Of a DNA stretch of 64,000 bases, positions 21,401-30,335 are shown in pieces. A program made the position numbers and the translations under genes. A model generated the notes under the pieces. It searched no databases. It was not told where the DNA came from and saw only the letters and a program-made list of their open reading frames with translations. This DNA comes from a virus, in IMG/VR virus record IMGVR_UViG_3300022752_000027, positions 32,001 to 96,000 of that record. One strand, given 5' to 3'. How positions within the stretch are numbered: the stretch's first letter is position 1; each line of letters starts with the position of its first letter.

Positions 21401-24220
21401 TTAATTAATCTTGCAAAAGAAAATCTACCTAGACTTACTGGTCTGACACAACTGGAGCATGCTACTCTTAGTAATTACTACGAAAAATTATCTGAGGGAG
21501 AACCTGTTACTAAAGAAGAAAGAGAAGAAGTAAAAGTACTATTAGATAAGAAGTCACAGTTTGGATTATCTAAAGAAGATAAGGCTAGACTGTATGAATT
21601 GTATGCGGAATTAGGAGAATTACAGAAGTCATATCCCACAGACTATTACATGGATATGTTTAACAACTATCTGAGTTTAGTTGACATGGATCTTTTAGAG
21701 TCAAACTTTGACATGAAGGATCTCACTATGGATACTGCAGACAGAGTTTTGAATATGGACTTCTATAATACTATAGTTAGCACTAATCCAGAATTCAAAG
21801 AATGGTTTGATAAAAATCACATTATCAAAACTGTTACTGATAAGTTTGGAGTAAAGACTAGAAAGATAGAACGTGTAAAGGCATGGAGTGTAGTAAGACC
21901 AAGGAACATACAATACTATGACATATTCAGCTTTACTAATTCTTTAGGTCAGCCTGAGTCTATTGTAGGTATGCCTAACCACCTTTATTATGAAAGAACG
22001 GTAAAGCAAAAGTTTGTTACAAAGCCTGTATCTGTACTTGAAGCAATTGAACAGGGAGATATTACTAAGGCCAACATGGATAATAAAGGTAACTGGTTAC
22101 CTAGATTAGACATTGACGATAAGAAGTATGTAAATGAAAAGTTCTTTAATATCCGTGACACGGATAAGAACTTATACAATGCTATTATTGCTTTAACTAA
22201 ATGGCACTTTACTTTCCAAGAGAATAGTCCTAATAGTTCTAAGTTAGGTTTTGATATACCCCGATATAGAAAAGAAGGTTACGAATCTAGAATGGAATAC
22301 TTTACCGCCGAGGGTAAATTAGAAAATCCTATATCTAGATGGTGGAGAAGATTTAAATCATTGTGGCAACCCTCACCTGATGATGCCGAAGAAGGATACA
22401 ACTTTAAGGATCAGATGATGATGATGGATGGTGAAGTATACAATGATCAGAATGCTGGAATTCCAATCACTGGTCTATCTGCATTAGAAGCAGATGACGT
22501 ATCACTAGATCTTACTTATGGTATGTTAAAGTTTATGGTATCATCCGAAAAGCAAAGAAAGCTTATCGAGATGAATCCAATGGCTAGAGCATTGCAGATG
22601 GTAATGAGAGGTTCTGAAGATGCTATTAATGAATTTAAAAACATTAATAAAAGAACACAGAAAAATAACAGCACCTGGAATCTTGTTGGAGAAAAAACAA
22701 CACTAGGTAAAAGCAAAGGAAAGTCAGTAAGGGAAACAGCAATAGATAACTTTATAGAAAGAGAATTTGAAGGAGTAGTACGCAAGGGTGTACTAGGTAA
22801 AGATAAAGACAATGCATTTGTTAACAAAGTAGTAGATAATATCATGAGATTATCTGCCTTTGGATACTTTGCTATGGACATACCTAGTGGTCTGAAAAAC
22901 TCTTTTTCTGCTAGAATACAAAGTATTCAAGAAGCAGCTGGAGGTAAGTATTACAACATGACTAACTATGCTAAAGGAGTAGCTTGGTCAAATAAAACCA
23001 TGTGGGAAATAAGTCTTAACGTAAATAAGTTTGGACCTAAGTCACATGATCAGCAGCTCGTTGAAATATTTGATGCTGTGCAAGGAAGATTTGAAGAAAA
23101 GTTTGCAGATCATGGTTCAAGATCATTAACTAAAGATGCACTTGGTGGATTGACCTGGATGACTAGCTTCCGTAAATGGACAGAATTAAATTCATCGCTG
23201 TCTATATTCGGCGCAATGCTGCATCACGAAAAAAATGTAGAGCAAACAATTAATGGAGTTACTAAAAGAATTGCATATATAGATGCATGGGAGACAGTAG
23301 ACAATCAAATAAGATTAAAAGAAGGTGTAGACCCTGAATGGGGGATTAATGGTGCTAAGTTTAAAGCATTTAAGAATAAGGTACAAGGTGTTAATAACAG
23401 CCTGAACGGTTCTTTTGCTAAGTTTGATTATGCAGAGGCTGATAAGTTTATGGCTTTCAGATTTGTAATAGCCTTTAAACGCTGGTTCATTAGAATGTTC
23501 TTAAACAGATATCAGTACAGAGGTAGTATGCGTAATCCTAAATACAGATACGACGCTGCTGTAGGTGATACTGTTATGGGATTCCATGTTGAAGCAATGA
23601 GAGCATTATTTAGAGGAATACAAAGTAGAGGAGAATACTTTAATTTCTTATCCCCATCTGAGAAAGCAGCATTGTGGAAGACAACTATGGATGTAGCATA
23701 CCTTATTTTATTCAGCATGGCTATATCAATGATCTTTGGATTTGATGAAGATGATGAAGATAAGTTTGAAAAACTTAGAGATAGATCAGGACCTCTTCCA
23801 TTCTTTGGGGTAAGTGAAAATGAAGCTGACTTTAAATTAGGGGGATGGCTAACAAACCATGCACTACTTATGACAATGCAACTTAAGAATGAAACGGTTC
23901 AATGGTTACCTTTGCCTGGACTAGGTGCAGATAACTATCTAGAGATGCTTAAGATGGATGCAATAGCAATGAAAAATACTTTAGATAACTATAAGAAGAT
24001 GGGTGGTGCATTAATTCTTGTTTCTGGTAATGCATTATTTGGAACAGATAGTACTAAAGCATATTGGGATCAAAGAGAAGGACCATACTCATGGATGCAA
24101 GAAGGAGAAGAAGGAAGTAAAGCATTGAGTTATTTCTTTAGATCATTCGGTGTTACAGGTAAATCATTAGATCCTGCACAAGCAACAACTAACTGGGTTA
24201 AATCATCAAATTGGAGATAA
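18488..24220 (+). CDS. Large virion cargo protein with zincin-like HExxH domain, 1910 aa
   Basis: HEFAH (nt 19019-19033) followed by EEVL, and a C-terminal hydrophobic helix VAYLILFSMAISMIFG. TAATG overlap with the vRNAP stop codon. Confidence 0.7.
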   Translation: MNSCPIPSEFEPLVEHAKSVGIPERSAVSQALRAYMIHNSNLKPGEEPSMPTNYEFNKIMDDYNIFINSPDRQTVTEAPVGSKDYFADIENAFPWYKVIREGLQVDTESQSNLKGRAIINAIAEKLSSNLGVPYQFVTAAEAQELTKDVNIWSGQPAFYFGDTIYILPELATEKSVFHEFAHPLVRAIATANPELFKNLYKQVMATSKGQELLDRSKKAYPSAAPNDPIIMEEVLVMALTQAATDTTDSAFNKFISNLLYAIKQLLRRVFGKVKVEKLNPNTTIGELADMLMMEKFDIDTKSISREDIAAYMTEYDNLIESIDKLSQSTLQGSTDELFNMISGHIQLIKNNKDYKAMDQILKDLYQRSDLKEIYESLAPYQSKNEYLINEMTRLQQDAEFAKQHTKAFLDSLLRLNAMTDRVHTELINLVKDMNSQDNVGKVFYFNNIMNSWDEFLNGMETTINNELQSGAIKPDNPIISLVGGIRRKISNAQKTANKVYAEGVSQVLKSQIAPMKTAIDEKYDQIMEDLRKRNAPASIIAQKQKDYWGLEGPELAEFLDLKNKKDKGLPMSSVESHNYEILKMKSYRDGAYLTDEKIDYLMTGRLGDGHALNSFIEGFVYNQDPIVFGFAGWVKDNLTEVFTSSQRKGNSFLNEVKPLLEAAGYNQSNPAAFGRRATFRDKKGGVDKDGKYVTKDVNTIINPWKDYRADIARLEAEIRAATEVAYSSGNNDEVLRLKKEKRDYEQKYFHTPYTEEYYKRFSVFNQGPGDIIGAKAEAARNELLSKIQNLTTSIGISTTNENFDTRDELANLWREYRQLHSNYTSSGQLKDAEGIKIAERLREFRNASKDLYDNTLIPELFTSSLAAYEQSLIDQGYEKWGVPFMKLRNKWIEKNTRTVIKDNFYAEQKRITDEIKQISSKLPKNLQAEFDISKHYEKLLQLMNPYRDEDNQPEATAMDLRNIEAIKETQELINLAKENLPRLTGLTQLEHATLSNYYEKLSEGEPVTKEEREEVKVLLDKKSQFGLSKEDKARLYELYAELGELQKSYPTDYYMDMFNNYLSLVDMDLLESNFDMKDLTMDTADRVLNMDFYNTIVSTNPEFKEWFDKNHIIKTVTDKFGVKTRKIERVKAWSVVRPRNIQYYDIFSFTNSLGQPESIVGMPNHLYYERTVKQKFVTKPVSVLEAIEQGDITKANMDNKGNWLPRLDIDDKKYVNEKFFNIRDTDKNLYNAIIALTKWHFTFQENSPNSSKLGFDIPRYRKEGYESRMEYFTAEGKLENPISRWWRRFKSLWQPSPDDAEEGYNFKDQMMMMDGEVYNDQNAGIPITGLSALEADDVSLDLTYGMLKFMVSSEKQRKLIEMNPMARALQMVMRGSEDAINEFKNINKRTQKNNSTWNLVGEKTTLGKSKGKSVRETAIDNFIEREFEGVVRKGVLGKDKDNAFVNKVVDNIMRLSAFGYFAMDIPSGLKNSFSARIQSIQEAAGGKYYNMTNYAKGVAWSNKTMWEISLNVNKFGPKSHDQQLVEIFDAVQGRFEEKFADHGSRSLTKDALGGLTWMTSFRKWTELNSSLSIFGAMLHHEKNVEQTINGVTKRIAYIDAWETVDNQIRLKEGVDPEWGINGAKFKAFKNKVQGVNNSLNGSFAKFDYAEADKFMAFRFVIAFKRWFIRMFLNRYQYRGSMRNPKYRYDAAVGDTVMGFHVEAMRALFRGIQSRGEYFNFLSPSEKAALWKTTMDVAYLILFSMAISMIFGFDEDDEDKFEKLRDRSGPLPFFGVSENEADFKLGGWLTNHALLMTMQLKNETVQWLPLPGLGADNYLEMLKMDAIAMKNTLDNYKKMGGALILVSGNALFGTDSTKAYWDQREGPYSWMQEGEEGSKALSYFFRSFGVTGKSLDPAQATTNWVKSSNWR

Positions 24221-24224
24221 TAGA

Positions 24225-24368
24225 ATGGCAAAAACAGTATCAGTAAAGAATGCCTTTGCACCTAAAGGCAGCAGAAAAAAAAGACCAGGTGTAATATCTA
24301 AGACAAAGAACAGTGGTTTGAAGTCTAGTAAAAACTATAAGAAACCTTATAGAGGTCAAGGAAGATAA
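24225..24368 (+). CDS. Small basic protein, 47 aa, ending YRGQGR
   Basis: Manual translation MAKTVSVKNAFAPKGSRKKRPGVISKTKNSGLKSSKNYKKPYRGQGR; below the ORF-track cutoff. Confidence 0.7.
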   Translation: MAKTVSVKNAFAPKGSRKKRPGVISKTKNSGLKSSKNYKKPYRGQGR

Positions 24369-24369
24369 A

Positions 24370-24397
24370 GAAAAACCCCGGATTTCTCCGGGGCTTC
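24370..24397. terminator. Intrinsic terminator between convergent modules
   Basis: AAAAA-CCCCGGA-TTTC-TCCGGGG-CTT at the convergence of the + and - gene blocks. Confidence 0.75.
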
Positions 24398-24422
24398 CTC
24401 ACCACAATAACAAACTAACACA

Positions 24423-24707
24423 TCACACCAAGGTTGTGGCAAGTTTGCCAAACCTAGCTTCTTTTGTTTTGTCAACAATATTTATAAGCAGTTCTTCCGA
24501 ACACCAAGCAACCATCATTGCTTTGATGTGTGTTTTAACTGCCTTAGTATCATTAAATACTTCAGATACTTGAAGTATCTGTCCATTCTTAGCTACTGTT
24601 TTTACAACATAGCCATAGACAGTTGTTCTTTCTTTCTCTCCAGTTTCTTCATTAACTACCATGATTCTTCTTTTTGAATCATGGATTTGGATTGTTGGTT
24701 CTTTCAT
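24423..24707 (-). CDS. YegP/DUF1508-like small protein
   Basis: AKNGQILQVSEVFNDTKAVKTHI resembles the xNGxxxxxSExY pattern of DUF1508. Confidence 0.45.
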   Translation of the reverse strand: MKEPTIQIHDSKRRIMVVNEETGEKERTTVYGYVVKTVAKNGQILQVSEVFNDTKAVKTHIKAMMVAWCSEELLINIVDKTKEARFGKLATTLV

Positions 24708-25084
24708 TGGATTATAGCTTTAATATTAGGACGAAAATACGAAGGACCTTTTAATATTTTACCATCTTCTCGATAAATTGGTTTGCCATCAGCCCCTAAC
24801 TTACTCATATTAGATCTATGAATCTCTCTAAATACTTCTTCAATCTTATGTTGAAGACCGTGCTTTAGTATTGTACCATAGATAATATAAAGCTGGTCCC
24901 CTAAAGCATCAGCAATTCCAACTAAATCTTCTTTTTCTACGGCCTCAAGATACTCATTGTTCTCTTCTGCAAGTAGAGAGTATCTTAATTTGCCTTCATT
25001 GCTACTAATAAATCTTGGTTTGTTTCCATCCTTCTGGTCAAACACAGTGTGGAAATCACCAACCATCTGAATATAGTCTCTCAT
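24704..25084 (-). CDS. MazG-like/PRA-PH family NTP pyrophosphohydrolase
   Basis: EENNEYLEA...DALGDQLY...EIHRSNMSK...REDGKILKG motifs. Confidence 0.85.
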   Translation of the reverse strand: MRDYIQMVGDFHTVFDQKDGNKPRFISSNEGKLRYSLLAEENNEYLEAVEKEDLVGIADALGDQLYIIYGTILKHGLQHKIEEVFREIHRSNMSKLGADGKPIYREDGKILKGPSYFRPNIKAIIQ

Positions 25085-25089
25085 ATCTA

Positions 25090-25500
25090 CTACTCGGGTT
25101 TAAAGGTATAAATTAATTTATCATGCAAGGATTCTGTATGACTCCAAAGATTATTACCCATACCCTCATAGTCAGGATAATTAGGATTATAATTAATTCG
25201 GCTATATAACATACCTTTAATTAGTAGCATATAAGCAATAGCGTCACCAATCTTTTCATCTATTGCCTCAGCCGTTGATGTCTCTGAAGCAATCATATCT
25301 TTTACAGACTGCAGGTGTTTAACAGCATATTCCCATGCTACCTGTTCAGCTTTACAATGGTACGACAATCCTCCTGCCGCCCTTTTAAAATTAGAAAATA
25401 CATCTTCTGTAGATGCATACTCTGCATTCTTATTATGAAATCTTTCCATAATTTCAGCAAGACTATGCAATGCCATTTCCTCAAAATCTTTATAGTTCAT
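25090..25500 (-). CDS. DUF1599/nucleotide-modification-associated all-alpha domain protein
   Basis: KNAEYA...FSNF...KHLQS...IGDAIAYMLL pattern. Confidence 0.5.
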   Translation of the reverse strand: MNYKDFEEMALHSLAEIMERFHNKNAEYASTEDVFSNFKRAAGGLSYHCKAEQVAWEYAVKHLQSVKDMIASETSTAEAIDEKIGDAIAYMLLIKGMLYSRINYNPNYPDYEGMGNNLWSHTESLHDKLIYTFKPE

Positions 25501-25549
25501 AATTGTGCTATAAGTATGGGGGGGGATTTCATGCCCCTCCCCAGATTAA

Positions 25550-26434
25550 TTAAAGTTCAGGAAGCTCTAACGGACTGTTGTCGTCAAAGATACTAAGAAT
25601 CTCATCAGAATTTACAGGCTGCTCCACATCTTCAATAACATCAAATATATTCATTTGATTTTCAGGAACTTGCTCTTCTTCAGTCTGAGGAATTGCAGGC
25701 ACTGCTGGTACACCGTGAACAATATTATTCATAATGTAAGCATGCACTCTGCTTTGATCTTCAAACCATGTCTTAGGATGCGAAGTTCTTAATGCAATAC
25801 CGATGATATTGTAGAAGTTCCATAAGTTATTCTCAGAGTACTCATCAAATAACTTTACTTTTCCACACAGCATATCTTTGATTTGGGATACCTGTTCTTT
25901 ATTAAGAACCTCTTCTTCAATAAACAATACACCGATGATCTCAGACATCTGCTTAAGTGTAAGTTCTTTTTGAATCATTGAATTCTTACTAGAACATAGA
26001 TAGTTGTAGAAGATGTTAGCTTGATTAAGCTGTGTCTCAATCATTTCTACGGCTAATTGATCTGCATTACCTGTATGCTTTCTAGCAAAGTTGGATAGAT
26101 GTCCAGCAAATACATAGGTATTAGTCTTTGCTACATAGGCACCGATACCGCACTTAAATCTAGTTGACTTATCATATGAGTTACCCCATACAAACATCAT
26201 CTTTAAGTCTGGATCTGTACCGTAGTCTAGCAAGATTTTACCCATTGCTACATTTCCTGAATAACTAGAAGCATAAAGCTCTTCTTTAATGTTAAAGCCT
26301 TTATTGACAATAGTTCCAAGACTCTTGTCAATAATTGACTTATGGCTAATAGGGGTATATCTACCCCCATGATTTGGTATTGTAACCTGCTCCAGGAAGG
26401 AACGGGTTATACCCTTTGGCAATGTTCTGCTCAT
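25550..26434 (-). CDS. DUF932-like protein
   Basis: YTPISH, NSYDKS, RKHTG and LWNFYN motifs, plus an acidic C-terminal tail. Confidence 0.65.
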   Translation of the reverse strand: MSRTLPKGITRSFLEQVTIPNHGGRYTPISHKSIIDKSLGTIVNKGFNIKEELYASSYSGNVAMGKILLDYGTDPDLKMMFVWGNSYDKSTRFKCGIGAYVAKTNTYVFAGHLSNFARKHTGNADQLAVEMIETQLNQANIFYNYLCSSKNSMIQKELTLKQMSEIIGVLFIEEEVLNKEQVSQIKDMLCGKVKLFDEYSENNLWNFYNIIGIALRTSHPKTWFEDQSRVHAYIMNNIVHGVPAVPAIPQTEEEQVPENQMNIFDVIEDVEQPVNSDEILSIFDDNSPLELPEL

Positions 26435-26435
26435 T

Positions 26436-28424
26436 CTAAAAAAGTGTTAATTGATATTGGTTTTGAGAACTGGTAATATTACCTATCTCTTTATAGATAC
26501 GATCTATATAATACTTTTCATTCACATCATAATCAGGCCATGGAAGATCTATATATTCATTGAATACACGCTGTTGCCATCTTCCTGATTCTGTTTGTAT
26601 CTCTCTACCATCTGCATTATTATGCTTTACTATTTTACATCCTTTATTGGAGACATAGTAACGTACAATTTTCTGCAACTCTTTGCTTATTCTTTCTACT
26701 CCTACTATACATGTTTCAATAAACTTCCAATCTCCTTTGGCTTTTACACCTGCACAATAATCAAATATATTTTTATTGTCTCGTAGATAATGTTCTGGTA
26801 TTACATCATGAACGAAGTAATAATAAATAGCTTTAGGAATAATCAGGAAACTTTTGTTCTTATGAAGAGCTAAGTCTGCAAATTCAAATCTACCCTTGCA
26901 TTTAGTTGCGTTATAATAATAGCAATCTTTATCTTGGGTAAATATATAATGCGGATTTTGCAACTTCAAGTTTTCCCACTCTTCTTTAGAGCATGCTTTT
27001 GTTTTATGTACAGCAATGTAATTGTTTACATCAGCAAGTATGAGCTTGTTATACTGGTCATGTTCAAGACTTAGCTTTGTTAGCTTCTCCCATTCTGCAC
27101 AGATTTCTAGATACTTGTCTTTGTAATGCGCTGGTATCATCATCTCAAGACCATCTGTATTCTGCATAATAGGAATAGAACCTGGAATACCCATACTAAG
27201 CATCTCATATAACATAGTCAGACAAAGCTGGCCGTTAACAGTAATGCGCATAGTAAACTCAGGATCATACAGAAAACTATTCTCGTCATTGCTCAGACCA
27301 TAAGTACTATTAAGAATAATCTTATAGACATAATTCCTAGGATCTTTCTTAGGTATCTTTTTCCTCTCCTCAAAGAACCATTGATACTGTTCACAGAATT
27401 CTTCTTTTGGTAAATGTGCTGGTGCCCATTTATTCATGATAGCCAAATTAGGATAAAAACTAGTAACGTCAGACGTCATTATTATCATTCCATCTTTTGC
27501 CTCATATATACCTGGAGTTGTTGCACCGTGCACACCGCCTAAACCAAAGTCAGTTTTAACACCCTTATGTGTAATAGAATACTTAAATCCACCTTTTGTA
27601 TTTCTTGTATCAAGAACTATGGATTTAAACTTCTCTAGTACACTCTTAAATTCAGGATGTTTAAACTTAATATAAGGTAGTATAATATCATTGATCCTAA
27701 TAGACTCTCTTCTTGTACGTAACTTATTAAGCTCATAGGTACTTATGCCTGTTTTCTTCTTGAGAAAATGTAGGAATAGTAACTTAGAAATTCTAGGTTC
27801 AGAAGCACTAAACATATCCAGTTCATACTCTTTTGTTAATGCCTTACGTAAAGCTATCTGACTCTTACTGAGTTCATATATTTTAGCCGTAGACTTAACG
27901 TCATTAATACAATACTGAATAATAGTATCTAGCTGTTCTTGTTTTGTTATAGACGTTGTATGATGAATCGGCATCTCTTGGATGTTATACCAATCCATGC
28001 TATACTGAATCCACTTCAAACTAGATTTCTTTGCAGGATTATCCCAATGATTTAGCTTATAAAGATCAATAGTATTTATTACACTATTGTTCCAGTTAGA
28101 TTTAAAGTCTTGTTCATTAATAACTCTTTGTGCCTCCTCATATATTTCAGCTGCTATATCCTGTCCGTGCATGTTATCATAAATACCTACACCAAACCGA
28201 CTCATTATAAACGATGTAATATGATTGTCGAATCCTATACCATTAAAACTGATATGGAATTCATCATCAATTACATTATCTACAAGAAATAAATATAGCT
28301 TCTGTACATCATTACGAAGCTTTGATATTACAAATACTCTTAAATCTTCAGGATCTTTATAATGTTGTGCACAAAGAACTGTACAATCTACTAATGTCTC
28401 ATAGTCTATGATCCAATGATTCAT
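26436..28424 (-). CDS. polB: Family B DNA polymerase
   Basis: Exonuclease motifs DYE, FNGIGFD and YCINDV. Polymerase motifs DVTSFYP, KIILNSTYG and NTDG. Confidence 0.93.
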   Translation of the reverse strand: MNHWIIDYETLVDCTVLCAQHYKDPEDLRVFVISKLRNDVQKLYLFLVDNVIDDEFHISFNGIGFDNHITSFIMSRFGVGIYDNMHGQDIAAEIYEEAQRVINEQDFKSNWNNSVINTIDLYKLNHWDNPAKKSSLKWIQYSMDWYNIQEMPIHHTTSITKQEQLDTIIQYCINDVKSTAKIYELSKSQIALRKALTKEYELDMFSASEPRISKLLFLHFLKKKTGISTYELNKLRTRRESIRINDIILPYIKFKHPEFKSVLEKFKSIVLDTRNTKGGFKYSITHKGVKTDFGLGGVHGATTPGIYEAKDGMIIMTSDVTSFYPNLAIMNKWAPAHLPKEEFCEQYQWFFEERKKIPKKDPRNYVYKIILNSTYGLSNDENSFLYDPEFTMRITVNGQLCLTMLYEMLSMGIPGSIPIMQNTDGLEMMIPAHYKDKYLEICAEWEKLTKLSLEHDQYNKLILADVNNYIAVHKTKACSKEEWENLKLQNPHYIFTQDKDCYYYNATKCKGRFEFADLALHKNKSFLIIPKAIYYYFVHDVIPEHYLRDNKNIFDYCAGVKAKGDWKFIETCIVGVERISKELQKIVRYYVSNKGCKIVKHNNADGREIQTESGRWQQRVFNEYIDLPWPDYDVNEKYYIDRIYKEIGNITSSQNQYQLTLF

Positions 28425-28430
28425 TAGTCA

Positions 28431-28802
28431 TTATTCTGTTACCTCTGTTTCAAAATACTTTTGGAAGTCGTAGGTATCTGAATTAAAAGCAAAATGTTTT
28501 ACGAATGCTTCAATGTCAGTTCTTTCTTCTAGATAATACTCCTGATATGTTTCAAGAGTTCTTCTCTCTTCTTTAACCATTTTGTCTGCAGACTTTGGAT
28601 TCTTTCTAGGCTCTGGGTCACCATTAGGATCTAGCTTTGCAATCAAATGGAATTGATCTTTCTTGTTCTTACCGATAACAGCTAAGACTTTAAGCTGTGA
28701 ATCAAAGATACATTCTACAAATGGACAGTCTTCCGTTGCAGGAATCATTTTAAACGTCTTGTTGTTCTTCCAACTAGACGTAAATAACATCATATTATTC
28801 AT
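28431..28802 (-). CDS. Hypothetical phage protein
   Basis: Co-directional ORF tightly packed in the replication operon. Confidence 0.6.
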   Translation of the reverse strand: MNNMMLFTSSWKNNKTFKMIPATEDCPFVECIFDSQLKVLAVIGKNKKDQFHLIAKLDPNGDPEPRKNPKSADKMVKEERRTLETYQEYYLEERTDIEAFVKHFAFNSDTYDFQKYFETEVTE

Positions 28803-28812
28803 GTTGGTTTTT

Positions 28813-29373
28813 TTAAAGATGCTGGAACAAAGATATAGATTTAATCTCTGCCTTCAAATTTTCTTTCTCTAAATCTGGCTTTGAACATAACTCCCCAACC
28901 TCACGTAAGATTTTCTCACTGACATTCAACAGGTTAGCATATTGCTCATAGTAAATTTCGGGATTCAGATAACTATTTATTTGGTGATAATTAGACTTGT
29001 TTGCCATAAAAAACTTTAGGATTTTATTCTTGGTATCAGTACTCATTTTAGAATACTTGCCATCAAGAAAATATCCCCAGTCTATAGCATATTCCGTCAT
29101 ATCAAAAACATAAACACCTTCGTCATCTTCAGTTTCATAATAAGAGTGAAACAATTTATTACTTGTAAGTTTTGTTTTCTCAAATCTTCTGAAGACATCA
29201 TCGTCCCTTAGATGATATACACACACAAACTTCATATCTTCAGGAACATATTGACCGGTCCAACTGATATAACTTTCAATTGGAACAGCCTCAGAACCTT
29301 TTCTAATATCCAGAAGCGGATATATAAACAATCTAGACTTTTGGATATATTCAGTATACAGTTTATTAATCAT
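28813..29373 (-). CDS. Hypothetical phage protein
   Basis: Co-directional ORF between polB and the nuclease gene. Confidence 0.6.
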   Translation of the reverse strand: MINKLYTEYIQKSRLFIYPLLDIRKGSEAVPIESYISWTGQYVPEDMKFVCVYHLRDDDVFRRFEKTKLTSNKLFHSYYETEDDEGVYVFDMTEYAIDWGYFLDGKYSKMSTDTKNKILKFFMANKSNYHQINSYLNPEIYYEQYANLLNVSEKILREVGELCSKPDLEKENLKAEIKSISLFQHL

Positions 29374-29375
29374 GT

Positions 29376-30335
29376 TTATAGGGTGATTTTACCTGTTGCA
29401 AACTCATAAGGTAAAGCGTAGTATCGGTTATCATAATGATATCTAGCTACTTCAAGTTTGTTTCTAAGTTTTTCTCTCCATAATAACATAGTATTTTTTT
29501 CAACATCAAACACATATACCTGCTGATATTTGTCAATTACTAAAAAACTAAAGCTGATATCTGATGGATCAATCTGCTTTGTGCAAGATACAAGCTCAAT
29601 ATACATTGCTGCTTGCATCCAGTAGTTATAGTACTCAACTGTATCTGCAAAATCACTAATAGTCTTACTAGTAGTTTTAAGGTCGCAAACTGTAATCTTA
29701 GAATCCTTTGTTATAATTCTATCTACAATACCTTTAATACCAAAAGGGTAATCACTAATGGTACAGTTTAACATTACCTCGCTTTCTACATAGTCACCAG
29801 ATAAAGTATCCATAGCCATCTGGTTACTTCTAATAACCTCTACTGAATTCTTTGCTCTAGTGTACATATCCTCATCAATAACATCCTTACCAGATCTATT
29901 TTTCAGGAACTCAAAATAACTTATGGCGTCATCCGTCAGGATTTTTTCTAGTCTCTGCTCATCCGTTTTAAGTCTCTGATGAAAATTAACATCTTTAAGG
30001 ATGTCAAGTATTTCGCTCTGAAAACTTGACATTGATTCATCTGTACGTCTCTGTTCTATAGCAGTTCTAAATACACGATCTATTACCTGTTTGGTTGGAC
30101 CTGTAGGTACAGACCCAGAAGCAAGAACAAATTGCTTATCAAATGATTCTGCATCAAGCAGAAGGCAGTGCAATAGCCTGCCCTCTACAAGATGCGTATC
30201 TGTTCTATCCTCCTGTTGGTTTAGAATGTAATGCTTATAGAATATAGACGGTGAATACAATAACTTATTTAATCCAGAGTAACTGAAATAAAACTTGTTT
30301 TCGTAAAATCTATCTTCTGCTTGGGGATCAAACAT
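29376..30335 (-). CDS. PD-(D/E)xK exonuclease (RecE/Cas4-like fold)
   Basis: SYSGLNKL, GRLLHC, KGIVDRI, DLKTT and YWMQAAMY motifs. Confidence 0.85.
   Translation of the reverse strand: MFDPQAEDRFYENKFYFSYSGLNKLLYSPSIFYKHYILNQQEDRTDTHLVEGRLLHCLLLDAESFDKQFVLASGSVPTGPTKQVIDRVFRTAIEQRRTDESMSSFQSEILDILKDVNFHQRLKTDEQRLEKILTDDAISYFEFLKNRSGKDVIDEDMYTRAKNSVEVIRSNQMAMDTLSGDYVESEVMLNCTISDYPFGIKGIVDRIITKDSKITVCDLKTTSKTISDFADTVEYYNYWMQAAMYIELVSCTKQIDPSDISFSFLVIDKYQQVYVFDVEKNTMLLWREKLRNKLEVARYHYDNRYYALPYEFATGKITL

Noticed and set aside
5755-23718. Numerous short antisense or alternate-frame ORFs within the giant genes
   Set aside because: These are shadow ORFs of strongly coding frames with no recognisable motifs.
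8472-28424. Inteins or self-splicing introns in vRNAP or PolB
   Set aside because: The reading frames are continuous, and I saw no intein splice-junction or LAGLIDADG motifs.
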